Assembly (NCBI RefSeq): GCF_009914755.1
Contig: NC_060927.1
Length of the DNA stretch: 64,000 nucleotides
Origin: the human T2T-CHM13v2.0 reference genome, Homo sapiens
Direction: 5' to 3' (one strand)
Shown: piece after piece, positions 29,985-43,665 of the stretch
Layout of the letters: every line of letters begins with the position of its first letter
Position numbering within the stretch: position 1 is the stretch's first letter
The notes under the pieces: generated by a model
What the model was told of the DNA's origin: nothing
What the model saw: the letters and a program-made list of their open reading frames with translations, nothing else
The model's database searches: none
Program-made: the position numbers and the translations under genes

Positions 29985-32850
29985 AGGAGGTGGAATAAGA
30001 CTGCTGAATAGAACCCTTCAGAGATCATCCTTGACCCCCAGGCAGGAATACCAAATAGAACAACTATCCATGCAAGAAAATGTCTTCATAAAAAATGAAA
30101 ATTAGGTGAGTGAACACAATTTTTGGTTTTAACATAAGATAAAGGAAAGGGGCACTGGAGAGGGTAGGAAAGACAGCTGGAATTGCCTATACCGCCCCTT
30201 CCCTGTCCCTCAACAGGACAGTGTGATGTGGACAGAGAAACTGCGTACTTGAGAGAGAGCAAAGTGATTGTGATTTCTCATTGAAACTTAGTATTACCCT
30301 AATACCAAAACTAGACAAAGAGACTCAAAAAAAAAAAAAAAAAAAAGAAAACTACAGGTCAATATCTCTGATGGACATTGATGCAAAAATCCTCAACAAA
30401 ATACTAGCAAGCTGAATTCAACAATACATTAAAAAGATCATTATCATGAGCAAGTAGGAATTATCCCAGGGATGCAAAGATGGTTCAACATACACCAATC
30501 AATGTGATACATTGTATCAACAGAATGAAGGACAAAAACCATATGATCATTTCAATTGATGCTGAAAAAATATTTGATAAAATTCAACATCCTTTCATGG
30601 GAATAACCCTTAAAAAACTGGGTATAGAAAGAACATACCTCAACACAATAAAAACCATATACAACAGATCCACAGCTAGTATCATACTGGACAGGGAAAA
30701 CTGAAAGCCCTTCTTTTAAGATCTGGAACACAGCAAGGATGGCCACTATTACCACCGTTATTCTATATAGTACAGGAAGTCTCAGCTAGAGTAATGATGA
30801 GAGAAAGAAATAAAAGACATTCAAATTGTTAAAGTAGAAGTCAAATCATCCTTGTTTGCAGATGATATAATCTTATATTTGGAAAAATCTAAAGAGTCCA
30901 CAAGAAAACTCTTATAACTGATAAGCAAATTCAGCAAAGTTGCAGAATACAAAATCAACATACAAAAACTCAGTAACATTTCTATATGCCAAAAGCAAGC
31001 AATCTGAAAAATAAGAAAGTAATCTCACTTACAATAGCTACAAATAAAATAAAAAAACCTAGGAATTAACCAAAGAAGTAAAAAATCTCTACAATGAGAG
31101 CTATAAAACATTGATGTAAGAAATTGAAGAGGACATAAAAAGTGGAAAGATATTCTATGTCCATGAATTGGAGGAATCAAAATTGTTAATACGTTCATAC
31201 TACCTATAGCAATCTGGAGGTTCAGTGCAATTCTTATAAAAGTACGAATGACATTCTTCACAGGAATAGAAGAAACAATCCTAAAATTTATATGAAACCA
31301 TTAGAGCCCCAGCATGGTAGTGGCACAAAAATAGACACATAGACCAATGAAAGAGAATAAAAACCCCAGAAATAAATTCATACATCTACAGTGAGTTCAC
31401 TTTCAACAAAGGTGCCAAGAACGTACATTGGGAAAAGAACAGTCTCTTCAGTAGTGCTGGAGAAATGATATTTATATGCAGAAGAATGAAATTAGAACCT
31501 TATCTCTTGCCATATAAAAAAATCAAATCAAAATGTATTAAAGGCTTAAATCTAAGACCTCTAACTATAAAACTACTAAAAGAAAACATTAGGTAAATGC
31601 TTCAGGGTCTTGGTCTTGGCAAATATTTTTCTAGTAATACCCCACAAGCACAGACAACCAAAGCAAACATGGGCAAATAGGATCACATCAAGTTAAAAAC
31701 CTTCTGCACAGCAAAAGAAATAATCAACAACATGAAGAGATAACTCATATAATGGAAGAAGACATTTGCAAACTACCCATCTGACAAGGGATTAATAATC
31801 AGAAAATATAACGAGCTCAAACAACTCTACAAAAAAAATCTAAAAATCCAATTTAAAATGGGCAAAAGGTCTGAATAAACATTTCTCAAAAAGAGACATA
31901 CAAATGGCAAACAGATATTTGAAAAGATGCTCACCATCATTAATCATCAGAGAAATGCAAATCAAAACTCCAAGATGTCATCTCACCCCAGTTAAAATGG
32001 CTTTTCCCAAAAGATAGGAAACAACACATGCTGGCAAAGGATGTGGAGAAAGTGGATATCTCATACACTGTTGGCAAGCATGTAAATTAGTAGAGCCATT
32101 ATGGAGAACAATATGGATGTTCCTTAAAAAACTGACAATAGAACAACCATATGATCCAGCAATCCCACTGCTAAGTATATACCCCAAAGAAAGGAAATCA
32201 GTATATCAAAGAGATATCTGCACTTCCATGTTTGTTGCAGCACTATTCACAATAGCCAAAATTTGAAATCAACCTAGAAGTCCATCAACAGATGAGTAGA
32301 TTAAAAAAATTGTGGTATATATACACAATGGAGTACTAATCAGCCATAAAAAATAATGAGATCCTGTCATTTGCAACAACATGGATGGAACTGGAAGGCA
32401 TTATGTTAGGTGAAATAAGCCAGGCACAGAAAGATAAACTTTACATGTTCTCATTCATTTGTGGGAACTAAAAATTAAAACAATTAATTTCATGGAGATA
32501 GATCATAGAATGATGGTTACCAGAGGCTGGGAAGGGTAGTGGTAGAAGGGAAATGCAGATGATTAATAGGTACAAAAATATAAAAATATAGTTACATACT
32601 ATAAATGAGATATAGTATTTGATAGCATGGCAGAATGACTATAGTCACATGTGCAATAACGTGTTGCACATTTTAGAAAAACTAAAAGAGTGCAATTGGA
32701 ATGTTCATAACACAAAAAATTAAAGATGCTTGAGGTGACAGAAACCCCACTTACTCAAATATAATTATTACACATTTCATGCCTGTATCAATACATATCA
32801 TATATCCCATAAATATATAGACCTACTACATACCCATAAAAATTAACTAT
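29985..32850 (+). mobile_element. L1MA2/3-like LINE-1: ~300 bp 5' end fused to mid-ORF2, running through the 3'UTR
   Basis: 5' end GGAGGTGGAATAAGACTGCTGAATAGAA; ORF2 peptide [20 protein letters not shown] and FADD codons (tttgcagatgat); 3' end cccataaatatatagacctactacatacccataaaaattaa. Confidence 0.9.
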
Positions 32851-34202
32851 AAGACAACTTTTAACAATTTAGTAAAATACAGTGAAGTCAAGCTTCATTG
32901 TAGAGGTGTTTCCATATAAGGATAATCATTAAAATTTAGGAATCCTTTAGAGAAACACAAGATCTCAGAGAGGACGTAGCTGAAGATCAAGACATCACGA
33001 AGGACATGTATAGGGTAAATAAGTAAAATTTCCCCAGATTATAAACAAATATTTCCCAGAATGAAAGCCACTACTTAAAAAAATATATTTTTAACCTAAA
33101 TATAATAAGTCCATAATAAAATTATAGTGAACTATAGTGTTTTCGTACTTTAAGAAGGTAAAAATAGAAGAAAAGGCTCAAGTAAATTGGTGAGTTTCTG
33201 CTTCAGCTACGCATCAAAGGTTTTCTTCTTTCTTTGGGTGAGTACTTTGTGTCTTTTAATTCTCTCGGAGTTCTTTGTCCAGAGTTGACCAAATGCTTAG
33301 TTAGGATGAAAGAGTAGTTTATTATCTGGAATTTTTGAGTGTTAAAAGTTACCTGTAAGGAGGAATACGTTTTTCCTACATAATAGGCATATCCAAGAAA
33401 GACACTGGAAACCAAGCAGCACCTTTCCTTAAAAAGCTTTGTCTTAAATGAGAAACTGTGAATTACACCTGGCTTGTCAGTTCTCTCCTTTAATCTTGAA
33501 TGTAGGGGCCACTTGTATTTTCCCTGTTGATTTCTGGGTCACTTAGCATCTTCTCTCTAAGCAATTCTGTGAACGTGCAGGATACATCCAGACCCTTTCT
33601 ATCAAGATTTACTTTGTTCTAATCTCCATTTACTTTTGTTTCTGTTCTTAACTGAGGTTACTTTCCTTTGGTATTTCTGTCATTGTAAAAGCAAAAGTTT
33701 TCTTTCTCATTTATTTCAATATTACCCATATTTCATTTCAATTTGCACCTTTATTTAGCTGTTCCACTCTTATCTCCATGTCTCCAGTCTGAGGCAATTC
33801 TTTGTGTTTCTTTTTTTCTTGAATGAGCAGTACTTACTCAAAACCTCTTCTACTCATATTTTCTTTTTAGTATTTAAACCTCGGTGAAATTATGCTGTTT
33901 CTTTTTATTCTTAGTTTCTTCCAAAGACCTATCACTTACTTGTCATTTTCAACTTAAACAGTAGGCCTTTAGCTTGCTTAACCAAAAATCCAACCTGTCA
34001 AAAATTTTACTTAGGACAATTATTGGCAGATCAAAACCTTATATTTACTTTATAATTACGGCTGCTTAACATCTAAGGATTTGTTTTGTAGAGAGGGGAA
34101 TAATTTTTTTTCTGATGGCTTTAATTTTCTTATAAAGAAATACTCCTTATAGAAAAGCAGCATGGTTATTTTACTGTCATTCTTGATTTAGTAATAAAAA
34201 AG

Positions 34203-34430
34203 ACATGATATTGTAGAAAGAAAATAGACTATGATTCAGACCAAACTTGGTTTAATTCTGGTTTTCTCTCTTGTTAACTATATCATTTCTGTAGTCATCT
34301 CTGAGTCTCAATAACTTTATCTGTAAATTTTGCATAACAATACCCACTTTGTCAAATTGTGATAAAAATTGATTGAGATAATGTAAAGCTCCAAGTAGAG
34401 TTTTTTAGTAAATTGGCATTAACTATCATA
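34203..34430 (+). mobile_element. MIR SINE
   Basis: ttgtagaaagaaaatagact...cagaccaaacttggtttaattctg...ctctgagtctca...atctgtaaa...gagataatgtaaagc. Confidence 0.7.
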
Positions 34431-35480
34431 ATAAGGCTGTCACCCTCTGATAAAGTTGTAACAGTTTGATATGGAAGGTTGTGTAGACCATCATACATGT
34501 TCAAAATAAAGAGTGATTAATTTCCACACAAAATATTAAGAGATGTGTTAAAAGATGGGTAGGAAATGACAAAGATCCAGTGATTGCTCATTTTATAACT
34601 ATTACAAAGGAATTTTGGGCTTCAGTAACTTTGTGTGTGGAGTAAAGATTTTAGAAAATTACTGATATAAAGAGAAGATTTATTTGCAGAAGGAAAAATA
34701 CATAAGGTGATGTGAAATACATTTGAGAGATAACCTTGAAGAATTTTTAGGATTAAATATATACGAAAGCAACTAGCAAATTTTTTTAACAGATGTCACA
34801 TGAAGTAGAATAAGAAAAAGAAACAGTAAGAAGGAAAAAAAGAATACATTTTGGTTTAAACAAGAGAGACATTATTGTAAAGAAAACATTATTTAAAATT
34901 TAAAAATAGTAATTTTGTGGCTTATATGAAATTAAATATTTTAACTCATCCTTGACAGAAGCATATCATATTGTAATCAGTTAGCCAGTCAATATTTATT
35001 TAATGAAATATGGATTTAAATATGCTGTGTGTAACTTTGGTGTTGGGTCCAAATTTCAGAGTGTTTGTGAATTGCTTTGAAATTCAGTTTGATTTCATGG
35101 GTATTACCTTGAGGCATTTTGTAACAGCAAAGATAGATGGAAGCATAACTCATGTTTAACCTCACTCTTCATTGTAATCACCTGTGAGTAGCAGATTTAC
35201 CTACAGTGCATTTCACACATACACATACACAGTCTTACTTATAATTAATAAGTACCAAAATGAAGCATGCTCATGACAAATGAACTACTCACAAAATTAT
35301 ACCATTTGGTGTAATGACTTGGTACAAGGGATAGGTAATGAACTGTGAAATATGTAGTAAAGCATACATTGCCCATCTCTAATAGATCACGATAGAAGTA
35401 AAAACGTAATTTCTTGAGGAGAAATGTAACAGACCTTGTCAAAATACACTTTTGTTATATGTTAAAATTTTGTACCTTCA

Positions 35481-35789
<309 letters not shown>

Positions 35790-35849
35790 TCAATTGTGTT
35801 CTAATAGAAATTTGAACAGGAACTCATAAACATACACTGTATTTTTAGT

Positions 35850-36032
35850 CTAGAGAATGGATACAACGGTAAGATAGAATCAGTCAACTATTAAAATTTT
35901 TAGAAATGTTGTGAATTGATGAACATCTCATTAGTAGATTGAAATCACCCATGTTTGAAATAGTTACATTACAACTCATGGCTTCTGCTTCTCCAGAGAA
36001 CCAGTTGTTAAATATTCACCAGCATATGATTG
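35850..36032. mobile_element. MER63-like hAT element
   Basis: ttagtagattgaaatcacccatg and the terminal ccagagaaccagttgttaaatattcaccagca. Confidence 0.6.
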
Positions 36033-36142
36033 GTTAAGGAAGTCACACTTTCTAAACTATCAACAAAAAGCATTTACCATTGAGACTGTCCTTCAGTATG
36101 TATGCTAATTTTTTAAGATTATGTTTTATAGGTATATATTTA

Positions 36143-36312
36143 TTGCCCAGTCTCAGGTATTTTTTTATAGCAATGCGAGAACAGACTAACACAGAGACCT
36201 ACATCTTCTCATTTCCCCACTGCCCCTCTCCTGGCAACCACTGTTTTATTCTCTATCTAGGTATATTTAACCTTTTTAAAAAAAATTCCACATATAAATG
36301 AGATTTTGCAAC
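36143..36312. mobile_element. Short MST/THE1 LTR 3' end (+, ~36143-36192) abutting an L1M 3'UTR fragment (-)
   Basis: cccagtctcaggtatttttttatagcaatgcgagaacagactaacaca; then cctggcaaccactgttttattctct...ttccacatataaatgagat. Confidence 0.65.
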
Positions 36313-37304
36313 TATCAGATAGGTAAATTAATATGAGACTTCTAACAAGAAATATTCGTTAGATTATATATATATATTTTAAACGTCAAGTTAAAATATA
36401 ATTTCCTTTAGAAATCTTTCACTTGGAGACACAGCATTTTGTTCCAGAAACAAATGTTGAATATGCCATCAGTCTAGAAATCCATTTTCATTAGGAAAAT
36501 ACCATGAGGTAAAATTGTTTTGATTGACAGATATTTACATGTGTTACAAATTTTAACAAAGGAAACCATTACTACCTCATGTGAGTTTTATTGGTAATCT
36601 GGACCTGGAACATAATTTTACTTTCAAACAAATAATATTAACCACAAAATGCTTCCGGTTAGAAAAATAATAGGATCCAAAATCCTGTGTACTACTGTGA
36701 AACATTTAGAATTTGACAACTTTTCTATTTGTCAATTTAACAGTTAAAAAATTTAAGCAAATCATCATCTGACTTAGGTTTTGACAATCAACACTGATTT
36801 GACTAATGAGTGGATTGATTGGCATCGATAAAATACGAAAATTTGGAAAATACATATGGATGAAACAGCAAATAATTGTGTAGGACTGAGACTTTGCCAT
36901 GAATCTCTGTAATTCAGAGGGTGAAAAAAAGTTAAATTATGTTTTTTCAAAGACAGTGTACTATTTACCATTTCTTCCCATGCAGACAGCACTTACATCT
37001 TCAAGAATGTATTAGCATCACCTCCTCTACTATGATGGTGAACTCCTTTCTAAATCTTTCAACAATCTTTAAAATTGATGGCAGACATTGATTGATCCAC
37101 ATCCTAGGCCCGCTTATTTCCCTTCCTTCTCTCTTCTGTCCCATAATTTAAGGCACATTTACATTATTTGTGTAGCCCACTGTTTTCTATGTTCCTGCTT
37201 CACTAAAATTATTAATTAATAATTCCACTTGTAGCTGTGTCATTGGTGGCAATATTATGCCACCATTCATCTTAAATTTTAAGATATTTTTATGAAGTTT
37301 TAAG

Positions 37305-37666
37305 TGTTTTAGTAATTTTGGGCTGCTATAACAGAAATAACATCAACTGCAGTTTATACGTAACAAACATTTATTTCCCATAGGTCTGGAGGCTGGGAAG
37401 TCCAAGATTGAGGGAACTAGCAGATTAGATGTCTAGTAAGGGCCTTTTCCTTGTAGACAGAGAATTCTCACTGCATTTTCATGTAGTATAATGGACAAAG
37501 AAAAGCTCCCTTGGGCCGCTTTCAATAGGGCACTAATCACATTAACAAGGGCTCCATCTTCATGGTCTAATCACGTCCTAAATGCTCTATCTCTTAATAT
37601 TATCGCATTTGGGGTTAGGGTTTCAACATATTAATTTTGGGGGACACAAACATTCAGATCATAGCA
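37305..37666 (-). mobile_element. MLT1A/MSTD-like solo LTR
   Basis: tgttttagt...gggctgctataaca...tctggaggctgggaagtccaagat...gggggacacaaacattcagatcatagca. Confidence 0.88.
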
Positions 37667-37809
37667 ATATGTTACTCAGATAAATCTAGGGGGACAAAGT
37701 CTCCAACTATTACAAATTGTATATTTTATGGATAAAATCCCTAATTCAGAGAACAATTGTGGTTCTAGTATACAAATAAATCCTTACAATTGAATGCATA
37801 GTGTCCTAA

Positions 37810-38010
37810 GCTTTTTGTGTGTTTAAACTAACTGAATTTTTATAACATCTCTATGGGGTAGTTTTCAGTAACATTCCCATTTTACACATGAAGAACTTGC
37901 AGCGTAAGGAAGATGAGTACTTGGTTCCATTGTTAAACAGACATGCAAAAATTCAAAACTAGGAATCTGGCTAAAGAACTCAGGCTCTTGACTGCTATGT
38001 TATACAGCAT
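37810..38010 (-). mobile_element. MIR fragment
   Basis: cattcccattttacacatgaagaact core. Confidence 0.6.
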
Positions 38011-38522
38011 ATGTCAAAGGGGTAGATTATCTGAATGCATTTTGGAAAAAGGCACATTTGACAAGCACAAACAAGCAACTTAAATGGAGACATTTTGATT
38101 AAAATATACTACTTTATTTGATTAAACCCTGGCAGGGATGCAAGCCGAATCTATGCTTTTGCATCTTTTCTTTGAGGGCCAAATTATCTTATTCTAATAT
38201 GAACTACACATAACCCCAATATACTGCTTCTTACTTGAAGCTCTAAAAATTATGGTCATAGCAAAATTTCTTGGTTATTATGTTTAAGGAAATATATGGG
38301 GGAAAGAAAAGAGAAAGAATGAAAACTCAAGGCAGTGTTGAAGTCTAAGAGAAAAATTACTACTGATTATGTCCTCTTTTGGCTCTTCATATCTACAGCA
38401 CTTGTGTTCTTTATTGCCACATATGGGGATTTTGATGCTTAGGTAAGAGGGTAATTAGAAGCCTATTTATAAATTACTGTTTAAAGTTGGCAAACTAAAG
38501 AAGTTTCTTCCGTCTTCTTCCA

Positions 38523-38534
38523 TCAATCAATCAA

Positions 38535-38570
<36 letters not shown>
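38523..38570. repeat. (TCAA)n(CA)n microsatellite
   Basis: Visible directly. Confidence 0.92.
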
Positions 38571-38598
38571 GAAGAGTAAGAAACAAAGCCTCAAACTC

Positions 38599-38700
38599 CA
38601 GAATTAGTAAAACTAGATCGTATCTGTAACCATAAATAAAAATATATGACAGAATTAGTAAAACTAGATCGTATCTGTAACCATAAATAAAAATATATGA
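38599..38700. repeat. Perfect 2 x 51-bp tandem duplication
   Basis: CAGAATTAGTAAAACTAGATCGTATCTGTAACCATAAATAAAAATATATGA at 38599-38649 and 38650-38700. Confidence 0.97.
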
Positions 38701-38899
38701 AGGGGAAAGTAGAAAGAATGGTATATTATTTAGCAGAAGACATTTTTTAAAAGTATAGGTGTATAATGAGGGTGATAGTAACAAGAAATAAATCATTTGT
38801 AATCATACTGTAGAAAAGCTTGGAAGTTGGAGACATCCCATATGAGAGAAGCTATACTTGTTGGAAATCTGTATAAGAAACAGTTACATTCCCCAGTTC

Positions 38900-40600
38900 T
38901 TTAATTCCACTCTATGACTTCTGACTGGTAACTCACAAAAGACAGCAACTGAACCAAAATATATCCAAACATGGAGATAGCAAGAAAAGGGATGAACAGT
39001 TAGAAACACTTGGTTTTAAGTAGGGAATTTCAGAGAAGATCAGCATATTAACTAGTGTGACCCATTTTTTCTTCACCCCTTTCCCATCATACAAAAAGTC
39101 AGAAACCAAGCTTACAGCCATGCAGGCAGGAGAGAAGAGAACTCTTATTTGTGGAGAAACCAAAGTGTCTCAAAGTGAGACATGATAAAGTTTGAAGTCC
39201 CCCAAGTACAAAACATATTTCACTGCTAGACCAATCACCCTCAATGATCTGAGCGGTTGATAAGCTGTGCCTATCCAAAAAGACCTTCCAGTCAACTTTT
39301 CCGTTATTTACTCCTAAATATGAATATATAGCCAGGAATCAACAGACATTTATGGAAAGCTTATAGCAGGAGACTAGAGATCAAAACTAGGAAGCATATA
39401 ATGGAAACTTCGAGAAAACAGACAATATAGAGAAATTAAAAAAAAAAAACCTCTACATGGAAAACCCAACTCATATTCTCTGTAAGACAAAAGAATATAT
39501 TTTAGCCTTGAAAGAAGAGCATGATGTTAGAATAAAGAAACAGAGAACAAGGAAAGCCTTTGGAAATTAAAAATATGATAGCTAAAACATAAAATTCAAT
39601 AAAATTCTTGGGAGATATCATTAAAGAAATTTCACAGGAAATAAAAAGATGAACAAAGACAAGATTAGAAAACTGTGCATCAGTCCAGTGGGTCCAATAT
39701 CTGAAAAGTAAGTATTCCAGAAAAAAAAAAGAAGCTTTTCGGGAGAAAAATTACCAAAGATATTATGAGAAAAATTATAATAAATGTAAAGTTTATTTTT
39801 CCATGTGAAATGTCTTAATGAGAGCACAATGAATAAACATTTCCAATAGGTATTGTGGTAAAATTTTAGGGTATGCAGGGTAAATGGAAGACTAGTAAAA
39901 GTATCAGTGGAGAAAAAGTACATTTTAAAAAACAGGAAACAGTGAAATTTGACTTCTCAATAGCAATTTGAGATACTAGAGGACTGTAATACAATAACTT
40001 GAATTTCTAAGTAGAATTTAATAAATGGTGAAACTACAAACACATAGGAGAGTATAATAAATAATTGTTCAGGGAAGAAAAGACTGAAAACTTTCCTATC
40101 TCTTGCATATCTTTTCAGAAAGCTAATAGAGAATGGCCTCTGCCATAGCAAATATGTAGACTAAGAAAGAGGGAGAAATTGAATTTATGATAAAGTATAA
40201 AAAATGTAACAGAAAACAGAAGAAGAGTCTTACTATAATAGATGTCTAGAGAATGAAGATCCTGATTAGATTATGAAGAAAAAATGCTCTAGGGCAGAGT
40301 TCTGTATGAAACAAAAGGAATAAATATATTCCAAATAGTTGGTTCATGCAGAAAATTATATGACTCAAAAATTGCAAATAAAAATATTAGGCAATTATTA
40401 ATTCAAAGAAAATAGAAAGTCACACAGGAAAATAGAAAGTAATCACAGACATTACTTGGCTATAGGTTATAATAACACATACATTGATTATTGCTTCAAA
40501 CAACTGAATTGAGAGGATTTGGGAAGAGGAGGAGTGCATAAGAGATAATATGTGTTTTCTAGAATAGGAAGTCCAGAGGAAAAAAACCAAAACTGATATG
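38900..40600 (+). mobile_element. HAL1 / ancient L1M ORF1-like relic
   Basis: gagaacaaggaaagcctttggaaattaaaaatatgatagc...aaattcaata...cagtccagtgggtccaatatctga...gacttctcaatagca. Confidence 0.6.
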
Positions 40601-41000
40601 GCATAAAAGACCTTTGTTTTCAATTAGCTGTTTTCACTGGTCAGGAGTGATAGATTCTATCTGGATCCACTAATAACATATTGACTGTGTTTCAATTGTA
40701 GAACAAATTTGTTGCTTCCTTCTTTTTTCTTTATATTGAAACCATTGGCCCTGAGCTGAACCTATTCATTGTCTTTCAGCACTTCCAGCATAAAAGCTAG
40801 TCTTAGGACCAATAATGGGGCTAGTTATCAATTATTTAACAAATATCAATTATTTAACAGACATTATTTAACAATAATATCTGTTTTTGATGTTGCTATA
40901 GGCATTAAATTTTATACAAATTTCTCTACGTTATAGTCTGACAGATCTTGTCAAGGAGCTGTACATTTATTCACCAGTCAACAATATCTTAGATAGTTTG

Positions 41001-41488
41001 GGCATTTGTCAGGGTTCTCCAGAACCAATAAAGAAAAGTGAGAGTGAGAATGAGATAGATTTATTGTGAGGAACTGGCTTACAGAATTATGGACACTGAC
41101 AAGTCCCACAATCTGCCATCTTAAACTGGAGACCCCAGAAAGAAAATTGTGCAGTTTAGTCCCAGTACAAAGGCTTGAGAACAAAGGGAACTGATGGTGC
41201 AAATTTCAGTCCAAGGGCAGGAAAAGTCCAGTGTTTCAGTTCAACAGTCAGACAGATAGAAAAAAGGGAAAAGTCTCATTTCTTTTGCCTTTTGTTCTAT
41301 TCAGGCCCTCAACAGATTGGATGATGCTCACCCACATTGGGGAGGGCAATATGCTTTACTGAGTGCACAGATCTCAAATGCTAATTTCCGCTGGAAACAC
41401 CCTCACAGACACACCCAGAAATAATGATAGCCAAATATCAGTGCATGCTGTGAGCCAATCAAGTTGATATCTAAAATTAACAGTCACG
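41001..41488 (-). mobile_element. MLT2 (ERVL) solo LTR
   Basis: gtcagggttctccaga...gaggaactggcttacagaattatgga...ggaaacaccctcacagacacacccagaaataatg...aagttgatatctaaaattaa. Confidence 0.88.
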
Positions 41489-41776
41489 CATTCTAATGTC
41501 AAACTTTATCTCTAGAAGACTTTACCTCATAAGGCCGGCTATCCTATCATACTAATGAGATGTATGATTAATTTTCAAAAAGGGTAAATGTTTTTGTACA
41601 AAGGTTATAACACAATACAGATAATTGTAAGTGATATCTCCAAGTATGATCAACATCTAGTTTTTCCTTTTCTTCCTATGGCTAGATAAGGACATGACTT
41701 TTGGCCAAAGACATAATTCCCTGTCTATTTCTCTTTATGATTAATTACATAGCAGTACTCCTATCACAATAATTGG

Positions 41777-42078
<302 letters not shown>

Positions 42079-42479
42079 TGAACTTTTTAATGATGTATGT
42101 TAATGATATAAATTTAACTGTGTTAAATTTAAATTTACTTATATTATCTCCTTTTAGTTATTTATTGTATAAGATAGCAAGCACAAACTTCAATAATGAA
42201 GTTTGTTTAGTGAAATAATGTTCAAGTAGGGCAAGTGCTAAGAGAGGATGAAAGAGAAAACTGAAGTGGTCTGTTTTTGTGCCACAGTTGAAAACCTTGC
42301 TCATGCTCACTGCTAAAAGAAGGAGAAGAAATAGTGAATGTCACAGATACCAGCAAGAGAACACTTTGAAGATAAATACAAGCGGGTGGTCTAGGTGTTT
42401 TTAGTTTGTTTTTTTTGTGTGTTTGTTTTTACATTCTAAAACTCAAGTGTGATTTAATAAATAAATAAACATGGTATTT

Positions 42480-42575
42480 TATTTTTTGTTAGTTTTTAAA
42501 AATTATTATGGATACATAATAATGGTATATCATTTTGGAGTACGGGTGATGTTTTGATAAAGGCATATAACGTCT
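42480..42575 (-). mobile_element. L1MA extreme 3' fragment
   Basis: ttattatggatacataataatggtatat...tgatgttttgataaaggcata. Confidence 0.6.
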
Positions 42576-43552
42576 ATATGTTTTAAAATATCTACAGTTA
42601 AAGGAATCCAGGAGCATCTGTCTATATTAAATCCTTATAAACTCTTCCTTAGAATAGTTATCACTACTATTCTTATTACTATTAGTATTATTATTACTGG
42701 GCAAGAGTGAAACAGTCATGTAAATAACATGTGTCAAGAAGTTTCCAGGGTGGGAGCTGGAAAGGCGAACTTGGCTTGATCACTGGTCAATGAAAATATA
42801 TTTAGCTGATGAACACGCGTCATTATGCCTATTTTTCTTCTCTAAATAAGTTAGAATACCATATCAAAGATATTTAGAACCAGTATTTTAAAGCATAGAC
42901 TTATAAGAATGTAAAATGTACCAGTGATGAATGAGTATATAACTGTGTTCAATATTGTTCCTCAGTAATATCTTTATAAAATAATTGTCATACACAAGAA
43001 TTATTTGTGGTTCTCATTCATTGCCCTCATTTAAATGCATTCTTCTGTGTATTAAAAGACTTTCATTTTAGAATACGTTCCTGGGAGATTTATTAATCAA
43101 TACTCCGTCCATTCTATGTTATTATATCAAAGGATTCTTGCCTCCAATTCCTTTTTTTCAGAATAAAGGAAGATAGAAATAAAATATTTCAGGATTCAGC
43201 TAATCTCTAAAAATAATGCTGAATAAAACAAGAATAACCTTTAAAGAATGCATCACTGATGGCATACCAAATATTAGCAATAATAAAACATTTAAAAATC
43301 TATGCTTTAATAAAAAATGAATCACAATAAAGTCAGAGAAGACTTTATTATAAAATATTCTCTCAGTATTACATTTCTTACCCTGCTTTCATTCACATTC
43401 CTCCTGTGGCGGTTAACAATCCTTAAAGCTTTAACAATTCTGGTTTTCTTTTTTATAATTTTAGACAACATTAAAATCCTTAACTTTTTGGCAAGGTAAA
43501 TGTTCTGTGATTTTTTTCTCAATACAATTAAATTTAATAAAATTTTAAAAAT

Positions 43553-43665
43553 ACGTACACATATATACGCACACACATATACAGGTAAATTCACAGATAC
43601 ATTTATGTATGGGTGCATATACATGTGCATATGTATATATATTTAAAGGCATATATGTATATATA
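43553..43665. repeat. Degenerate (CA/TA/TG)n simple repeat
   Basis: acgtacacatatatacgcacacacatatac...atgtgcatatgtatatat. Confidence 0.7.

Noticed and set aside
36600-36960. Unique-looking stretch with a short inverted repeat and small minus-strand ORFs
   Set aside because: Could not be assigned to a gene or a repeat family by eye; no supporting splice or codon signal.
42189-42201. TTCAATAATGAAG core resembling the MER85 palindrome centre
   Set aside because: No TIR or other MER85 sequence nearby; the arms differ.
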